Below are positions 62,607-64,000 of a stretch of 64,000 bases of DNA, piece by piece (position 1 is the stretch's first letter; every line of letters begins with the position of its first letter). This stretch comes from Eledone cirrhosa. Taxonomy: Eukaryota. The DNA is taken from NCBI GenBank assembly GCA_964016885.1, contig OZ024744.1:82150001-82214000 (forward strand), written 5' to 3'. The notes below the pieces were generated by a model. The model was given only the letters and a program-made list of their open reading frames with translations, had not been told where the DNA came from and did no database searches. The position numbers were made by a program, and so were the translations under genes.

Positions 62607-62888
62607 GTGCACAGACACTCCATGAAGAACCGTGGACTGGAGAACTCTACGACGCTCGCCAATAAAATCTGGAAGCTTAAGGACAAAAACCTAGAATATA
62701 AGATTAGCTGGTCAAAATTATCGGTAGCAAGAGCCTACAGCAGCAGAATGTCCCACTGCGGACTTTGTAATTTAGAACAACTACATATTTTAAGGTACCA
62801 TGGGATGCTGCTTAACAGCAAAATAGAAAGATCAATTTTCTGTAGGCATAAAATAGCTACTAGATTCACAAATTTCAAACCTCCATGA
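62607..62888 (+). pseudogene. C-terminal part of PLE GIY-YIG endonuclease
   Basis: STTLANKIWKLKDKN..Y.ISW..L..A.AY......CGLCNLE..HI......LLN...E....CRH pattern. Confidence 0.8.
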
Positions 62889-63518
62889 TTTGAACCAGCA
62901 ATCCCAAAATTAGTACTGAACCACCTAGATTTTAACATATAGAATAGCACCATCGCACTGCTATTAGCTGTCAAACGCCCAACTGGTCACTGGATCATAA
63001 ATTTCTGAACATTTCTTTCAACCTCTCTCCCTGAAACAGCATCAACCCCATTAAGATAGAACAATCAGCAAAACATTTACAACAAGCGTTTATCAAATAT
63101 CCCGTCATCCCTAGCCCCTAAATCTCATACATGTATCCACCAATTAATCTCTAATTTATTGTTTTTTCTTTTATCTGTCACTACATCGGACCCTCTACAC
63201 GTATCTATGTACATCTCGAATCTGGTTTCTCATGTTACCACTAAACCCACCAACGAATCCTTATAAGAATACTTACTCAAACATTACTACTAACATAGTA
63301 TGTACTTACAGGCTCTCACCTATTTCTTTCTTTATATTTTCCATTTTCTCATTTTCTTATTTTTTAATGTACCCTATTTTATATTTTACTTTTTACTTTT
63401 TACATCTGTAACTTCTCTACCTATTTACCACATATGTTTTATTATTGATGTTATTGTTTTTATTATACGCTATTTTTCTATATAGGTCTTGCCTCGAGTG
63501 GATTACTTTCATATCTAC

Positions 63519-63629
63519 GTACTCTGATATGTTGACCAGACGTAAATAATGTATTGGAGATTGAATGACGCAACCTCGAGCGACTAGCGAATTCTAGACT
63601 AACCTGTTCAACGAAACAATTGTCAGTAC
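63519..63629 (+). ncRNA. Type I hammerhead in PLE pLTR, long stem II, core mutated
   Basis: GTACT/AGTAC stem I; CTGATAT (G8A9 altered); GTTGA/TCAAC stem II; GAAA-C-AATT-G-TC. Confidence 0.7.
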
Positions 63630-63678
63630 TTTAAATAAAGCCCTTATTGTACAGTCAACCATGACACTCTTCATTCTT

Positions 63679-63760
<82 letters not shown>

Positions 63761-63765
63761 TACAT

Positions 63766-63925
63766 GGACACACTGGAAGAGGAAGACCAAGGTTAACGTA
63801 TGTTGATGCCCTAAGGAGAGACACTGGTCTGTTGGAGACGCAGGACATGGCAGCGATAATGAGGGACAGAGACCGCTGGAGAGAACTCGTCCATTGATCT
63901 CGGGAATTTTACCCGCCCTAAAATA
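63766..63925 (+). mobile_element. RTE-clade 3' end fragment
   Basis: GRGRPRLTYVDALRRDTG....MRDRDRWRELVH* then hairpin CGGG-AATTTTA-CCCG. Confidence 0.8.
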
Positions 63926-64000
63926 GAATATATATATACGGTATATATATATATATTAAAATAACAGATTAAAGTAAAGTTTAAGCAAAGAATCGCTGCT

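Larger units (their letters stand above)
62410..63684 (+). mobile_element. 5'-truncated Penelope-like element with inverted partial pLTR
   Basis: ~62415-62555 is the reverse complement of ~63542-63681; GIY-YIG tail between them; ends in (TA)n. Confidence 0.85.

Overview
This is a eukaryotic, microsatellite-rich, repeat-dominated window with no host gene I can support confidently. The SINE families and simple-repeat load resemble an octopod cephalopod genome (inference). Intact coding content: one R4/Dong-clade RT plus restriction-like-endonuclease retrotransposon (41348-44740) followed by (TAA)n, and two divergent full-length Tx1-clade (L1-group) elements sitting head-to-tail in an (ATCT)n array (48139-59865). 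Further truncated Tx1 copies also abut ATCT. Decayed elements include CR1, RTE, CRE-like, mariner and Penelope-like (GIY-YIG) fragments, hAT MITEs, a tandem Helitron-like pair, a solo LTR and about 20 tRNA-derived SINE copies. Three things stand out. (1) About 10 type-I hammerhead-ribozyme motifs, including U3-A8 core variants, minimal palindromic-loop forms and long stem-II forms, sit in short (TA)n-flanked elements that are often arranged as long palindromes. (2) The dominant tRNA SINE shares its 3' terminus with an (ATT)n-associated sister Tx1 family, suggesting a Tx1-driven, microsatellite-targeting SINE/LINE pair. (3) Microsatellite targets appear partitioned among retroelement classes: ATCT, ATT/TAA and TA. 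All motifs and alignments were read by eye; nothing was computed or searched.
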